Source: Octopus vulgaris (taxonomy: Eukaryota). From it: a stretch of DNA of 64,000 nt. Where the stretch lies: positions 75,888,001 to 75,952,000 of the forward strand of contig OX597820.1 of NCBI GenBank assembly GCA_951406725.2, read 5' to 3'. Position numbers and translations under genes: made by a program. The notes under the pieces are model-generated. The model ran no database searches. It was not told the DNA's origin and worked only from the letters and a program-made list of their open reading frames with translations. Below, one piece after another: positions 42,672 to 54,944 of the stretch. The stretch's first letter is position 1. Each line of letters opens with the position of its first letter.

Positions 42672-42952
42672 TATAAACTGTAAACGTAACAAATTGCATT
42701 TTGATACAGATACAAACCACAGCTATTCAAGGAAGGAAGATGTCGATTAAGTCAGCCTTGGTGGAATGGAAAATGAAGTTGACTCACGCGGTATTTCAGC
42801 TCCGAATGAAATGCCTTGAATTATTTTCCCATTAATCTGACGTCCTTAAACACAATAAGTATGTATATAAGCCAATAAGCAATGTGGGAGCTACTATGAT
42901 GTTGCTGGAGCTGACAGAAACAGCTACGGCATATCCAGTTCGCAGCCCAATT

Positions 42953-43149
42953 AATATTGGTTTCAAATTTCCGGCCAGTTTGTGAGCCGATTGCATCGAC
43001 CCCAATGCTCAACTAGTACAGATTTTATCGATCCCGAAAGGACGAAAGGCGAAGTCGACCTTGGTGGAATTTGAACTCAAAACGCAAAGACGGACGAAAT
43101 GCCACTAAGCATTTCTTCCGGCATGCTAACGGTTCCGCCAGCTCACCGC
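42953..43149 (-). mobile_element. SINE-A monomer
   Basis: Reverse complement of head and core (aaaggacgaaaggcgaagtcgacc...aatttgaactc). Confidence 0.8.
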
Positions 43150-43530
43150 TTTTCTAGCCCTAATCATAATTATTGTTCTATCGGTCTCAAAATTAACACT
43201 ATATACCTTGTGGGATTAAATTCGATGCTCTACCGTTTATGCTGCGCTATTCAGTGAATAATGAGTAACAAAAAAAAAAAAAAGAAATACAAAGTTATAG
43301 AAAGGAAATAGAAAATTGTGTAGATGAAAATATGGTTTACTAAAAATATATAAAAAGACAAAAACCAGTGAGAAAGTTGCTACAAACATGGCGCCCATTC
43401 CATATTCAATCATTTTGTTATCTACCAACGAATCTTTTTCATTCGGTCAGCCGCACATTAGTTATGAGTATGTTCTTGCTCATGCTTTTGTGTGTGTCTA
43501 TATGCATATATGTATGTATCCTTTTCTTTA

Positions 43531-43577
<47 letters not shown>

Positions 43578-45033
43578 TATATATATATATATTTATACGT
43601 ATATAATATATTATATATATATAATCATACTATACATATATATATACATATACATACATATATATATGTACATATGTGCATGTATATTATATATATATGT
43701 GTTTATATATACATGTGTGTATTTATATATATATGTGTGTGTATATAAATATATATATATACACACACATACATATATACATATATAGAGAGACACATAC
43801 TCGCACACACGCACACATGCCCACACACATACTCACGCGCACACAAGCATATATATTTTATGCATATAGATAAGTGCGTGGTGCTTTTGCATGTTTTTTT
43901 ATGTGCTTTTAGCAGGGGTTTTTTTTCTTGTTTTTTCCCCCCATCTTCTTTGCGAGATTATATCTAACATCTTCATTTCAATTAAAACTCTTTCCATTCT
44001 ATAGTGTAGAAATAGCTTCGACTACGACAAGATCAACAACATCAACCATCAACAATAACCGCAACAACAACAACAACAGCAGCAACACCGCAACAACAAC
44101 AACAACAACGGCTAACATCTACAATATACTTGTGGTCCTTTAATGTATAATACATGTCAAAGATATTGTCGATATCAATTCATCAAATTGAAAACACAAT
44201 TAGGGATATTGTTCTTTGTGTTTGCTTTTGTTGGCATTTTTGATATTGTTGTTGTTGCTACATTATTGTTGAGGTTGCCGTTGTTAACGTTTACTGTAGA
44301 ATTTTTTTTTCCATTCCTTTATTTACAACCACTCACTCATCGCAGCTGAGTATATATATATATGATCAATATACAAGATCATTAGATCTCGTTTGTAAAT
44401 CATAAATATTTTGTGATCTTTCAACGTCACTCCAACTAGTAGAGTGGTTTCTTTCATTTATTATTTTTTTTCTTTTGTATTTTGCTATATTTTGTAATTT
44501 ATTTATTCATATTTATTTTTTCGTGGCTGCCTCGCCATAAAGAGGTGGTTAGATGTTGCGTTGATAAACTGTCTCCTTCGTTCTAAACTTATAAACTCTC
44601 TCCATTCATTATTTCCTTTTATCTTCTATCTCTCGAATTCATTCCGTATTCTTTGTTTTGTCTCCCCATCTCTGTCTGTCTGTCTGTCTGTCTGTCTGTC
44701 CGTGTGTCCCCCACTCTCTCTCACACAAACACACTAGAACACATATGTATATGTGCGCGAGAGAGGAAGAGAGAGAGATAGAGAAAGAAAGAGAGACTTT
44801 GTATCTTGGTGTGTGTGACAGGATATATATCCCTGTGTACTGCTCAGTGAGTGTATGTGTGTGTGTTTGTAAACACATATGTGTATATGTGTGTATATAT
44901 ATATATACATAAAAAGAGAAAGAGAGTGAGCGTGAGATACATACACACCTATATGTGTGTGTATATACATACACACACACACATATATATATATATATAC
45001 TTGCGGACATTGTATTGTTTATATATATATATC

Positions 45034-45087
<54 letters not shown>

Positions 45088-45124
45088 CACACACATATAT
45101 ATATATATATATATACATAAAAAC

Positions 45125-45155
<31 letters not shown>

Positions 45156-45721
45156 CATACACACACTCTCATACTCACACACACCGCATATGTGTGTGTA
45201 TATATGTGTGCATTTCGTTTTCGCCTGTAATCTCGACGTTGCTTATTTCCGCGACCGTTTCACAAGAAACTGACGTCAAACACCATCAAGGTTCAAATAC
45301 AAATACGATGTTCTCTTTCTTCATTTATTTTTCTTCTCATCATCGTTGATGCTGCGTTAGTGGAGGTAGGGAAGTTCATCGATATTTTTTGTCTTTTTTT
45401 TTTACGGTGTACTAATGGAGATGTATGATATTCCAAATCCTTATGTTACCCGCTGAAATTCACTATCGTGAATTTGCATCTCGACATCCGAAGATGTCGA
45501 ATAGTGTTCCTCTTGGCAAACATCGTAACATCGTACATATCTGTACCAACGGTTCTCTTAAGATGCTTGTGGCCTGACTCGGAACAAGCTTCCTGCTGGA
45601 CACAGAAACTGCCACGAGGTTACAAGTAGAGAGGTGAGACTCACACAGTTATAGGAATACGTAAAAAAAACTATTGTGGTAATACGTCGGTTATGACGAC
45701 GAGCGTTCCAGTTGATCCAGT

Positions 45722-46293
45722 CTTTTTTCTTTTCTTTTTTCATTTTATTTGTTTCAGTCATCTGACTGCAACCACGCTGGAGCACTGCCTTTAATCGAGC
45801 AAATCGACCCCAGGGCTTATTCTTTGTAAGCCTAGTACTTATTCTATCGGTTTCTTTTGCTGAACCGCTAAGTGACGGGGACGTAAACACACCAGCATCG
45901 GTTGTCAAACGATGTTGGGGAGACAAACACAGACACACAAACATTAGCTACTGCACGCATTTTTTTTCTCTCCTTCTTTCTGTGTTTTTCTCTCTCTGTG
46001 TATCTTTCTGTTGAAGAGCGTAGGCTCGAAACGTTAAAGACTTGTTTTATTTATATTTCCTGAGCGCCATACTAATACAATTGTTCGTTTGTTTTCCACC
46101 TGCCTTCGTCTTTTGTTTATTTTCATAAAGCTTCCCGTTATATACATATATATATATATATACCACGGGCTTCTTTCAGTTTCCGTCGACCAAATCCACT
46201 TACTTTGGTCGGCCCAAGGCTATAGTAGAAGACACTTACCCGAGGTGCCACGCAGTGGGACTGAACCCGGAACCACGTGATAAGCTACTTACC
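45722..46293 (-). mobile_element. SINE-B interrupted at its internal microsatellite by a P1 element
   Basis: Tail at 45722-45943 and head at 46162-46293 are collinear with the family consensus. Confidence 0.85.
45944..46141 (+). mobile_element. PLE-like short element (family P1) with type-I hammerhead-like motif at 46003-46040
   Basis: TCTTT-CTGTTGA-A-GAGC-gtag-GCTC-GAAA-CG-TT-AAAGA; near-identical inverted copy at 50242-50460. Confidence 0.8.
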
Positions 46294-46502
46294 ACGTGAA
46301 AGTGACTGAGCATCCCACAGACATGTGAATCCTTAACGTAGTTCTCAAGGAGATTCAGTGTGATACAGAGTGTGACAAGGCTGGCCCTTTGAAATACAGG
46401 CACTACTCATTTTTGCCAGTTGAGTGGTCTTGCTCAAGGACACAGTGCGTCGCTGGGAATCGAACTCAAGATTTTGAATGAAAAACTTTAACCACTAAAC
46501 TA
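46294..46502 (-). mobile_element. tRNA-derived SINE (family C-related)
   Basis: Reverse complement tagtttagtggttaaag...gagttcgattcccagcgacgcactgtgtccttgagcaagac; shares actcattt with 27375-27701. Confidence 0.7.
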
Positions 46503-46599
46503 TATTATATTATGGGGACATAAATAAACCGACAACGTTTGTCAAGCATTGGGATGAATAAACACACACACACACATATTTATATATGTATGTGTGTAT

Positions 46600-46815
46600 A
46601 CGTGTGTGTTTGTTCCCCACTACCACTTGACCGACGTTGGTGTGTTTACGTCCTCGTAAATTAACGGTTCGGCAACCAAGTCGATAAAATAAGTTCTAGA
46701 TTTTAAAAAAAAGGCAATAAATAGATATTGGCGGCAATTCGTTCGACTAAAATTCTTCAAGGCGGTGCCCCAACATGGCTTCATTCAAATAACCGAAACA
46801 AGGAGAAAAAGAAAG
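46600..46815 (+). mobile_element. SINE-B 3' half
   Basis: ggtgtgtttacgtcctcgtaaattaacggttcggc...aaggcggtgccccaacatgg. Confidence 0.75.
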
Positions 46816-48384
46816 ATTAAAAAACAAATCATTCTCATTCATATAAATCAGATGATGGATTGACAAACTCAGAAAAGAGTTGGATAAAAACTGATTAGCG
46901 ATAATTAATTAAATCCATTTACGATCTTCGATCACATCCAAACATAATCATGTTTGATCTAGCTTTGATAAAATACGTACCACTCTATTAAATCGATTAT
47001 ATATTACTCTTCTCCAATAACATCATCATCATCATCATCGTTCTCATCATTATTATCCTTGTTATCAATACGTTCAATCACGTTCATTTATTATCGCCAT
47101 CGATATCATCATATTCGATCACCCATAAACATTTATTTCACCGCATGCAACATAACACACCACCGCTGCAAATTATCTTCTTCGCAAACATCTCCATTAT
47201 CGTAATCGCTATCAACAATATGCGCCAACTCATCGTTGTATTACTTTCAAAACCCATCAAACCTCATCGTATTATCCTCCTTCTTCCCGTCGTCGTCGTC
47301 ATCATCATCATCACCATCACAACCACAGCCATAACTATAACCAAAATCATCATCATCAACAACAATAACATCATCATCATCATCATCATTAACGTCATCA
47401 ATTCCATAAGCACTATCGACGTCGCAATTATCATCATCATCATCCAGTCATGCCACCAACATCATCATCACCATCACAGCCACCATCATAGCCATCATCA
47501 TCATCATCACCATCACCACCACCACCACCACCACCACCACCACCAAGAAACAAAAACAACACCGCCACGATCACCACCATATCCACCACCACCACCACCA
47601 CCATCATCATCATCATCCTTTATGATGATCGCCACCTCCATTTCCACCACCATCAGAAAGTTAGCATGCACAGTCGGTCGGTCGGTTAGTCTGTCGCCTC
47701 AGATACCAGTGTTTTGCTGTTTTTATCTGTTGTTTTTTTTCTTGTTTTTGCTGTTGTTGCTGTCATTTACAAACGCATAATACAGTTGACATTTAGGGTG
47801 GGTTGATCGTCATCACGCTGACGTTATCCTAACTCTCTCTCTCTCTCTCTCTCTTCATGCTCTATGCACAGTAACAACACCAACAAAAACAATTAAATAA
47901 CGACAACGTTAGCGTTCCTGCTGTGGGGTGGAAAAACAAAAACAGAAAAATAAAATAAAATAAATTCGTCAGCAATGGCGGTTCCTTCACGCATGACTGC
48001 ATCAGTGAACACCCGGCCCTGATAGTTTCTGGTGTTAGACGAAAGTTTGACACAGAGAGAAGTTATTCGTTGTTCCCGTTTAGGAAGATGTTTCAATCGA
48101 AAAGTTAGGAAGGAACAAACAAGAAAACAAAAAAAACGAAAATCGAACAGAAAAAAAAAAAAGAAAAGAAATAAAAGCTTTTCAGCCATTTTGTCTTTTA
48201 TCTCTTGTTTTCATCGTTATGACTGCAGTCATACTGGGGCGCCACCTTGACCAATTCTAGTCGAACAAACCCACCCCAGTACTAGCTTTGTTTTATTCTT
48301 TATTCCTGGTACTTTATCAATCGATTACAATTGCTGAACAGCCAAGTTACGGGGACGTAAATGCATCAACAGCGGTTCTCTCTA

Positions 48385-48560
48385 TATATAACTTCTTATA
48401 TTGAACTCTACTATTTCCTCCTAATAAACTCTCTCGTATCAGCTCTGATGACGGGATATCTTTTATATCCCTGAAATATCTGTAAGACTACCTTTCTCTT
48501 TATAAAACGTTCTAGAAATTTCACACTGTCTTGGCTTTGTTTTATTTAATCTTTTTCAAA
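48385..48560 (+). mobile_element. PLE-like short element (family P2) with hammerhead motif at 48441-48488
   Basis: CTGATGA-cGGGATAT-ctttt-ATATCCCt-GAAA-TATCTG-TA-agac: canonical core and a 7-bp stem II. Confidence 0.7.
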
Positions 48561-48584
48561 AACGTATCTGTGTATGTATGTAGT

Positions 48585-48790
48585 AAGTCCCGCCCAGCAA
48601 AAAACGAAGAACAAATACACAAAAACAACAACTCGAGGACGTGGTACGTATAAAGTATTACTAGACGCTCAGGGAAGGAAAGAAAAGTGGTTTTACGTTT
48701 CGAGCAAAGCTCTTCAGAAACAGAAGAAAGCCTAATATAAAAGGAAGAGGGAGGGGGAAAAAACGCCAACGATTCACATGTGGTTACATT
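48585..48790 (-). mobile_element. PLE-like short element (family P3), hammerhead motif at 48690-48721
   Basis: Reverse complement gttt-CTGAAGA-GC-ttt-GCTC-GAAA-CG-TA-aaac. Confidence 0.7.
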
Positions 48791-48960
48791 TGTGTGTGTG
48801 TGTTTGTGTGTGCGCGTGTGTATATACATTACGGTCTATATAGATTACGATAGATATAGATTGAGCGATAGTAGGAAGAGATGAAAGACTTGAAGAAATG
48901 GCGCAAAACTGGGTAAAAAATATTTTATAAACAATGTATAAGCGACTTCTACAGTCTAAT

Positions 48961-49492
48961 AGGCGCAGATGTGACTGTGTTACGAAGTTAGTTTCTTAAC
49001 CACATGGCTCTGGGTTCTGTCCCACTGCGTGACACCTTATGCAAGTGTCTTCTACTATGAAGGACGCTTTTCATTTTTTTCATTTCTTGTGCCAATTGAT
49101 TTCATTTTAGGTGTAATGATGTAGTTTTGTATGCTATCTGAAAATTCCCAAAAAACAAAAAGAATTATGAGGGGTTATATGGCATGCGGAAAGCAGAATT
49201 CCGCCAATATTTCATCTGTTTACTGTTGACATCACGTGACAGTCACGCACAAAATGACAGCTTCCAAATTCTGTTTTCTAACTGAGTAAAAAAATTATCA
49301 AACTTTAAACTTCTGTAACTTTTGCTTTAAAATTTTCTGGAGAAAGTGAATTATCTCCTGAGATTCAGCATGAAAAGTTACATCAAGACACCAAATTTTA
49401 AAATTTTTCCTAAACTTTGAAATTTCCAAAGAGAAAAGATCCGCCTCGAGCCGACCAAAGCCTTGTGAGTGGATTTGGTAGACGGAAAGTGA
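48961..49492 (+). mobile_element. SINE-B head split by an insertion
   Basis: ...gcaagtgtcttctactat stops at 49058 and resumes as gcctcgagccgaccaaagcc at 49443. Confidence 0.8.
49059..49442. mobile_element. MITE or non-autonomous DNA transposon with imperfect inverted termini
   Basis: Ends ggacgcttttc and gaaaagatcc; subterminal ggtgtaatgatgtagttttgtatgct mirrors agcatgaaaagttacatcaagacacc; cleanly interrupts a SINE. Confidence 0.6.
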
Positions 49493-49841
49493 GAGTTTGG
49501 AATTTCCAGAAAATTTTTGTGAATTTGTATTCTACACGGGAGAATTCATAAGATTATGCAAAAAGAAAACAAAAAAAAGCAATGTGTGTGTGTGTGGGGG
49601 GGGTGAATTAAGACTTATTTTTTGTATATCTCACGACAAACTCAACGGCCAAAGAACGACTGAACGACACATGTTTTGTAGTTTTAGATATTCAATGCGC
49701 ATTTAATGCGACAAACAGATAGCAAATTAAATATTTTTCAAAATAATAAACTTGGCACAGCAAATTTTAATATTCTCAATAAAGTCTGAAATTTCTACAG
49801 GTGAGCCAAACAGGAAAGATCCTATATATGACTTGGTATAT

Positions 49842-50211
49842 AAGAGTGGCTGAGTGGTAAGTTCTTTGCTTACCAACCACATGGTTCCGAGTTCAGTCCC
49901 ACTACATGGCAACTTGGGCAAGTGTCTTCTACTATAGCCCCGGGCCGACCAAAGCCTTATCAGTGGATTTGGTAGACAGAAACCGAAAAAAATGTGTATG
50001 TATGTGTGTATATGTTTGTGTATGTGTGTTTGTCCCGCCCCAACCGATGCTCGTATGTTTACGTCCCCGTAACATAGCGTTTCGGCAACAGTGACCGATA
50101 GAAGAATTACTAGGCTTACAATGAATAAGTCCTGGGTCGATTTGCTCGACTAAAGGCGGTGCTCTAGCATGGTCGCAGTCAAATGACTTGAAACAAGTAG
50201 AAGAATAAAAG
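49842..50211 (+). mobile_element. SINE-B full length (tRNA head, CORE-like box, internal microsatellite, LINE-like tail)
   Basis: gagtggctgagtggtaag...gagttcagtccc...cttgggcaagtgtcttctactatagcc...ggcggtgctctagcatggtcgcagtcaaatgac. Confidence 0.9.
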
Positions 50212-50241
50212 TATATATGCATGTATATATATATATATATA

Positions 50242-50460
50242 TAACGGGAAGCTTTATGAAAATAGACAAAAGACGAAGGCAGGTGGAAAACAAACAAACA
50301 ATTGTATTAGTATGGCGCTCAGGAAATATAAATAAAACAAGTCTTTAACGTTTCGAGCCTACGCTCTTCAACAGAAAGATACACAGAGAGAAAAAAAAAC
50401 ACAGAAAGAAGGAGAGAAAAAAAATGCGTGCAGTAACTAACGAATCAACATGGCGATCTA
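50242..50460 (-). mobile_element. PLE-like short element (family P1), hammerhead-like motif at 50342-50379
   Basis: Near-identical reverse complement of 45944-46141. Confidence 0.8.
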
Positions 50461-50489
50461 TATATAAATACACAAACATACATATATAT

Positions 50490-50544
<55 letters not shown>

Positions 50545-50570
50545 AAGAGATAGAGAGAGAGAAAATTCCA

Positions 50571-50712
50571 CACGACGGGGTGCTGAAAACTTCTTGTCTT
50601 TCGGTAAAAGAAAATACTGGAGTGGTTAGTTATAATTTTATTCAACATATTCCGCTCTCAGATTCACACATTCAGCGCACCTTCAGTTTTTCTAAACTCT
50701 GTAAAAGAACGG
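50571..50712 (+). mobile_element. Mariner/Tc1-like terminal fragment
   Basis: acgacggggtgctgaaaacttct...tttattcaacatattcc resembles recalled mariner TIR/subterminal sequence (tacgaggggtg.tgaaaagtt); no partner TIR seen. Confidence 0.45.
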
Positions 50713-51371
50713 GGAATGTCGGGCCTCGAACCAGGACCTCTCGCGACATTCTTTAAGCCAGCAACTTGCCAGCATCTCTTCGTATTGTGCATGTGGTCAC
50801 ATCTAATACCTAAGTCTAAGAAAATCAACAAACACCGACTTTAAAGCCTTCTTATCCGATGCAGTATAACTTCTCCCGACGCACTTATTTTTCAGCTACT
50901 GACGTTATCAAGGATCTTTCGATCATCCATCTGAGACTGATATATATTTTCTTATTTTCTTACAACACGGAAGAGAGAAAAATTGAGAGAGAAATGGAAG
51001 GGAAAGGTATACGAGTCATTTGGTATTCCGGCACGATGCCAAACATTTTCTGGGTTATTTTATATGGACAATTGAATCGTTTCCAGTAGAAGCGTTGTAC
51101 TTACTGCAACGCAGCCGGGCGGAGACGTAAAAAAAATTCATCATCCGTTTATTTGTAACTTCTTTCTTATTTCCGTTCCATATCGGCTTATCTTTCGATG
51201 GTTTTTTTCTAGTAGAATATCAGATGTTTTTCGTGGACATGGTAGACGGAAGCTTAAAATAGTGTGTCCTTCATCTATATACATACACTAAGACACACAC
51301 ACACACACAAACACACATATGTATGTATACATATATGTGTGTCTGTGTCTGTGTGCGTGTGTATGTATGTA

Positions 51372-51422
<51 letters not shown>

Positions 51423-51424
51423 AT

Positions 51425-51637
51425 TTATTTTTATTTTTTCAGAATTTTGAGTGCAGCCATGCTGGAGCACCACCTTTAGTCGAACTAATCGACTGCAGGA
51501 CTTATTCTTTGTAAGCCTAGCACTTATTCTATCGGTTATTTTGCCGAACCGCTAAGTTACAGGGACGTAAACACACCAACATCGGTTGCCAAGCGATGGT
51601 GGTGTGAGAAACACAAACACACACACATACACACACG

Positions 51638-51680
<43 letters not shown>

Positions 51681-51716
51681 GCCACTCACATATACATGCA
51701 TACATACACACACACG

Positions 51717-51753
<37 letters not shown>

Positions 51754-51911
51754 GACGGGTTTCTTTCAGTTTTTGTCTACCAAATCCACTCGCAAAGCTT
51801 TGGTCAGCCCGAGGCAATGGTAGAAGACACTGGTTCAAGGTGCCACACAATAATACGGAACTCGGAACCATGTGGTTGGGAAGCAAGTTTGTTACCACAC
51901 AGCCACGCCTG
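51425..51911 (-). mobile_element. SINE-B full length with expanded internal (TA/CA)n
   Basis: Collinear with the reverse complement of 49842-50211. Confidence 0.9.
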
Positions 51912-51957
51912 AGCTTATAACCACGCCCGACCATGATATTACTGTCAATAATATGCT

Positions 51958-52453
51958 TTTAAAGCCTTGTACTTATTCTATCGGTACCTTTTGTCGAACC
52001 GCTAGTAAACGAGGACGTAAACACGCCAACGCGGTTGTGCAGCGGTGGTAGAGGACAAGCACATACATACATACATACATACATACATACATACATACAT
52101 ACATACATACATAATACGTACATACATACATACATACATACATACATACATGCATGCATACATACATACATACACATAGAAATGCATACATACATACATA
52201 CATATAGAAATGCATACATACATACATACATACGTATAGAAATGCATACATACATACATACATACATACATACATACATACATACATACATACATACATA
52301 CATACATACATACATACATACATACGACGGGCTTCTTTCAATTTCAGTGTACCAAATTCACTGAAAGGCTTTGATCAAGGTATCACGCAGTGGGACTGAT
52401 CCCGAAACCATGTAGTTTGGAAGCAAGCTTCGTACCACACAGGCACGCTTGCA
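51958..52453 (-). mobile_element. SINE-B with about 260 bp of internal (CATA)n
   Basis: Tail portion at 51958-52060, head at 52324-52453. Confidence 0.85.
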
Positions 52454-53143
52454 CCAAACTCTAAACCGTAACAACTATTCCTATTTTATTATGACAGCGA
52501 ATGCTGCGTAATTGTCAAACATTGGCAGCCATGAAAACTTAATTATTGTTTATAACATATTAATAGTTTCCAGACATTTAATCTCGCTACAAATTTATTA
52601 TATTAATTATAATCATCATCATCATCATTATCATCATCAAGAACATCATCGTCATTGTCCTCGTCGTCGTTGTTATCATCATCATTTAGCGACTAGAGCC
52701 TGCACTTTCTGTCGGGCACGAACACGGACGTGTCTCCTATCATGTTAATTATGGAATTCTCGAGTCATTATTCCATTCATTATGTCCTTGAAAGCTAATA
52801 ATACCCAGAGTGGTTTCTTTTCACTGAAAGACTGTAATCCGTCGCGGTTTATACACGCTCATTCGTCTTTGAAAGTGCAACCAGGAGCGAGAGTTTGTAC
52901 GCAATTTTCATCTGTTGTCTCTTGCGTGTAGAAGAAGCCATGGAGATCTCCAATATCCGTCAATTAAATCCACTGCTATTCTACTCTTTTCTTTATATTT
53001 CCGTACTTGTTTCAGTCATTATACTGCACTCTTCATGGAGCATACTTGAACGAATCGACCCCAATTTTTATTTATTTATCTATTCATTTTTGAAATGCCT
53101 GGTTCTTAATTCATCGGTCACTCTTGCTGAACCGATAAGTTAA

Positions 53144-53547
53144 GGCGGCGAGCTGGCAGAAACTTTAGCACGCCGGGCAAAATACTTAGCAGTAATTCGT
53201 CAACCACTACGCTCTGAGTTCAAATTCCACCGAAGTCAACTTTGCCTTTCATCCTTTCAGGGTCGATTAGATAAGTACCAGTTACGCACTGGGGTCGATA
53301 TAATCGACTTAATCCGTCTGTCTGTCCTTGATTGTCCCCTCTGTGTTTAGCCCTTTGTGGGTAGTAAAGAAATAGGTATTTCGTCCGTCTTTATGTTCTC
53401 AGTTCAAATTCCACCGAAGTCGACTTTGCATTTCATCTTCTCAGGGTCGAGAAATTAAGTACCAGTTGCGTACCAAGGTCGATCTAATCGACTGCCCCCC
53501 CCATTCCCCAAGAATTTCGGGCCTTTTGTATGGAGTAGAAAAAATAT
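53144..53547 (+). mobile_element. SINE-A dimer directly following a minus-strand SINE-B tail (about 53000-53143)
   Basis: Head ggcggcgagctggcagaaac, two cores and the tail ggagtagaaaaaatat. Confidence 0.9.
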
Positions 53548-53599
53548 AAACAGAAACACCGACAAACATGCACAGAGAGTGAAATATATACATACACAC

Positions 53600-53865
53600 A
53601 TCATCATCATCTTCTTCATCATCGTTTAACGTCCGATTTCTATGCTAGCATGGGTTGGACGGTTCGACCGGGGTCTGGGAAGCCAGGAGGCTACACCAGG
53701 CTCCAGTCTGATCTGGCAGTGTTTCTACAGCTGGATGCCCTTCCTAACGCCCACCGCTCCGTGAGTGTAGTACATGCTTTTTTACGTGCCACCGGCACAG
53801 GTGCCAGGGGAGGCTGGTAACGGCCACGATCGGTTGGTGCATTTTACGTCCCAACGGCACGTAAA
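53600..53865 (-). mobile_element. SINE or LINE 3' fragment with RTE-type (GAT)n tail
   Basis: Reverse complement gcgttaggaagggcatccagctgtagaaac...ccaacccatgctagcat...ggacgttaaacgatgatga. Confidence 0.65.
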
Positions 53866-53908
53866 AAGATATACAGAAATAAATGACACGCACACACACA
53901 CACACACA

Positions 53909-53946
<38 letters not shown>

Positions 53947-54289
53947 CACACACATGCACATGCACACACACACGCACACACGCATGCCGTCATAAGACGT
54001 ATAATAAAGCTGCTTATTCCTGATGTTCACCTGCTGCTGTGTGAGAGATTTTTTAGTTCAGCTGCTTCTAAAATGCATCTTCAATACACTGCTGACTCAT
54101 TGATCTTCTCGTGTTGTTGTTATCCACGTCTCAGACAATGTTTCTGCGTTTCTTGTCTTGTTTGCGTTGATTGCGTGTCTCTCAGTGCACGGTTGTTTGT
54201 TTGGATAAATCGCTCTGTATGTAAGATGTTTTCCTTCAGTCAAGTATTATTGAGACACACGGACAGACATGCAGACACACGCACACATA

Positions 54290-54327
<38 letters not shown>

Positions 54328-54601
54328 TGTGTACACAAACACAAAAACACACACACTCATGCAGACACATACACGAATAGAATTATACATACACGCACTC
54401 ACGCAAGTACACACATACTCAAACACACACACATGCCCTCGCACAAATATACACACACACAAATACACACACACACAGTCATACGCACGCACGGACACAC
54501 ACACGCACACACATAGAATATCTCTCTTATACACGTACACGTTCACTCACACACATAAACACTCATACAAATGTGTACATGCACACAAACATATACACAC
54601 A

Positions 54602-54638
<37 letters not shown>

Positions 54639-54944
54639 GCAGACACACACTCACACATACACAAATAGAATCATGCATACACGCACTCAGGCAAGTATGC
54701 ACATACTCACTCAAACACACACACACACAAATATACACGCACACACACAGAAACACACACGCACACAAACACACACACACACACACACACACCTCTAAAG
54801 CATATTTCATAAGCAACTCCCCTTACTTCATAAAAGTCGAAATAAACAAGTAAAGAAAAAATATATAAACTGCGTAAAACAAAATGAACCGAATTCAGAC
54901 AAAGTATTTTCCCGTTATGGAATCAGTCGATATTGTTGCTATAA

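Noticed and set aside
45481-45500. Perfect hairpin TCGACATC-cgaa-GATGTCGA resembling an intrinsic terminator
   Set aside because: Eukaryotic context, no U-tract, and a single 8-bp stem can arise by chance in 64 kb.
48015-48052. Hammerhead-like string CTGATAG...GAAAGTTT
   Set aside because: The core is one base short, stem I is not supported, stem III is not palindromic, and no second copy is seen.
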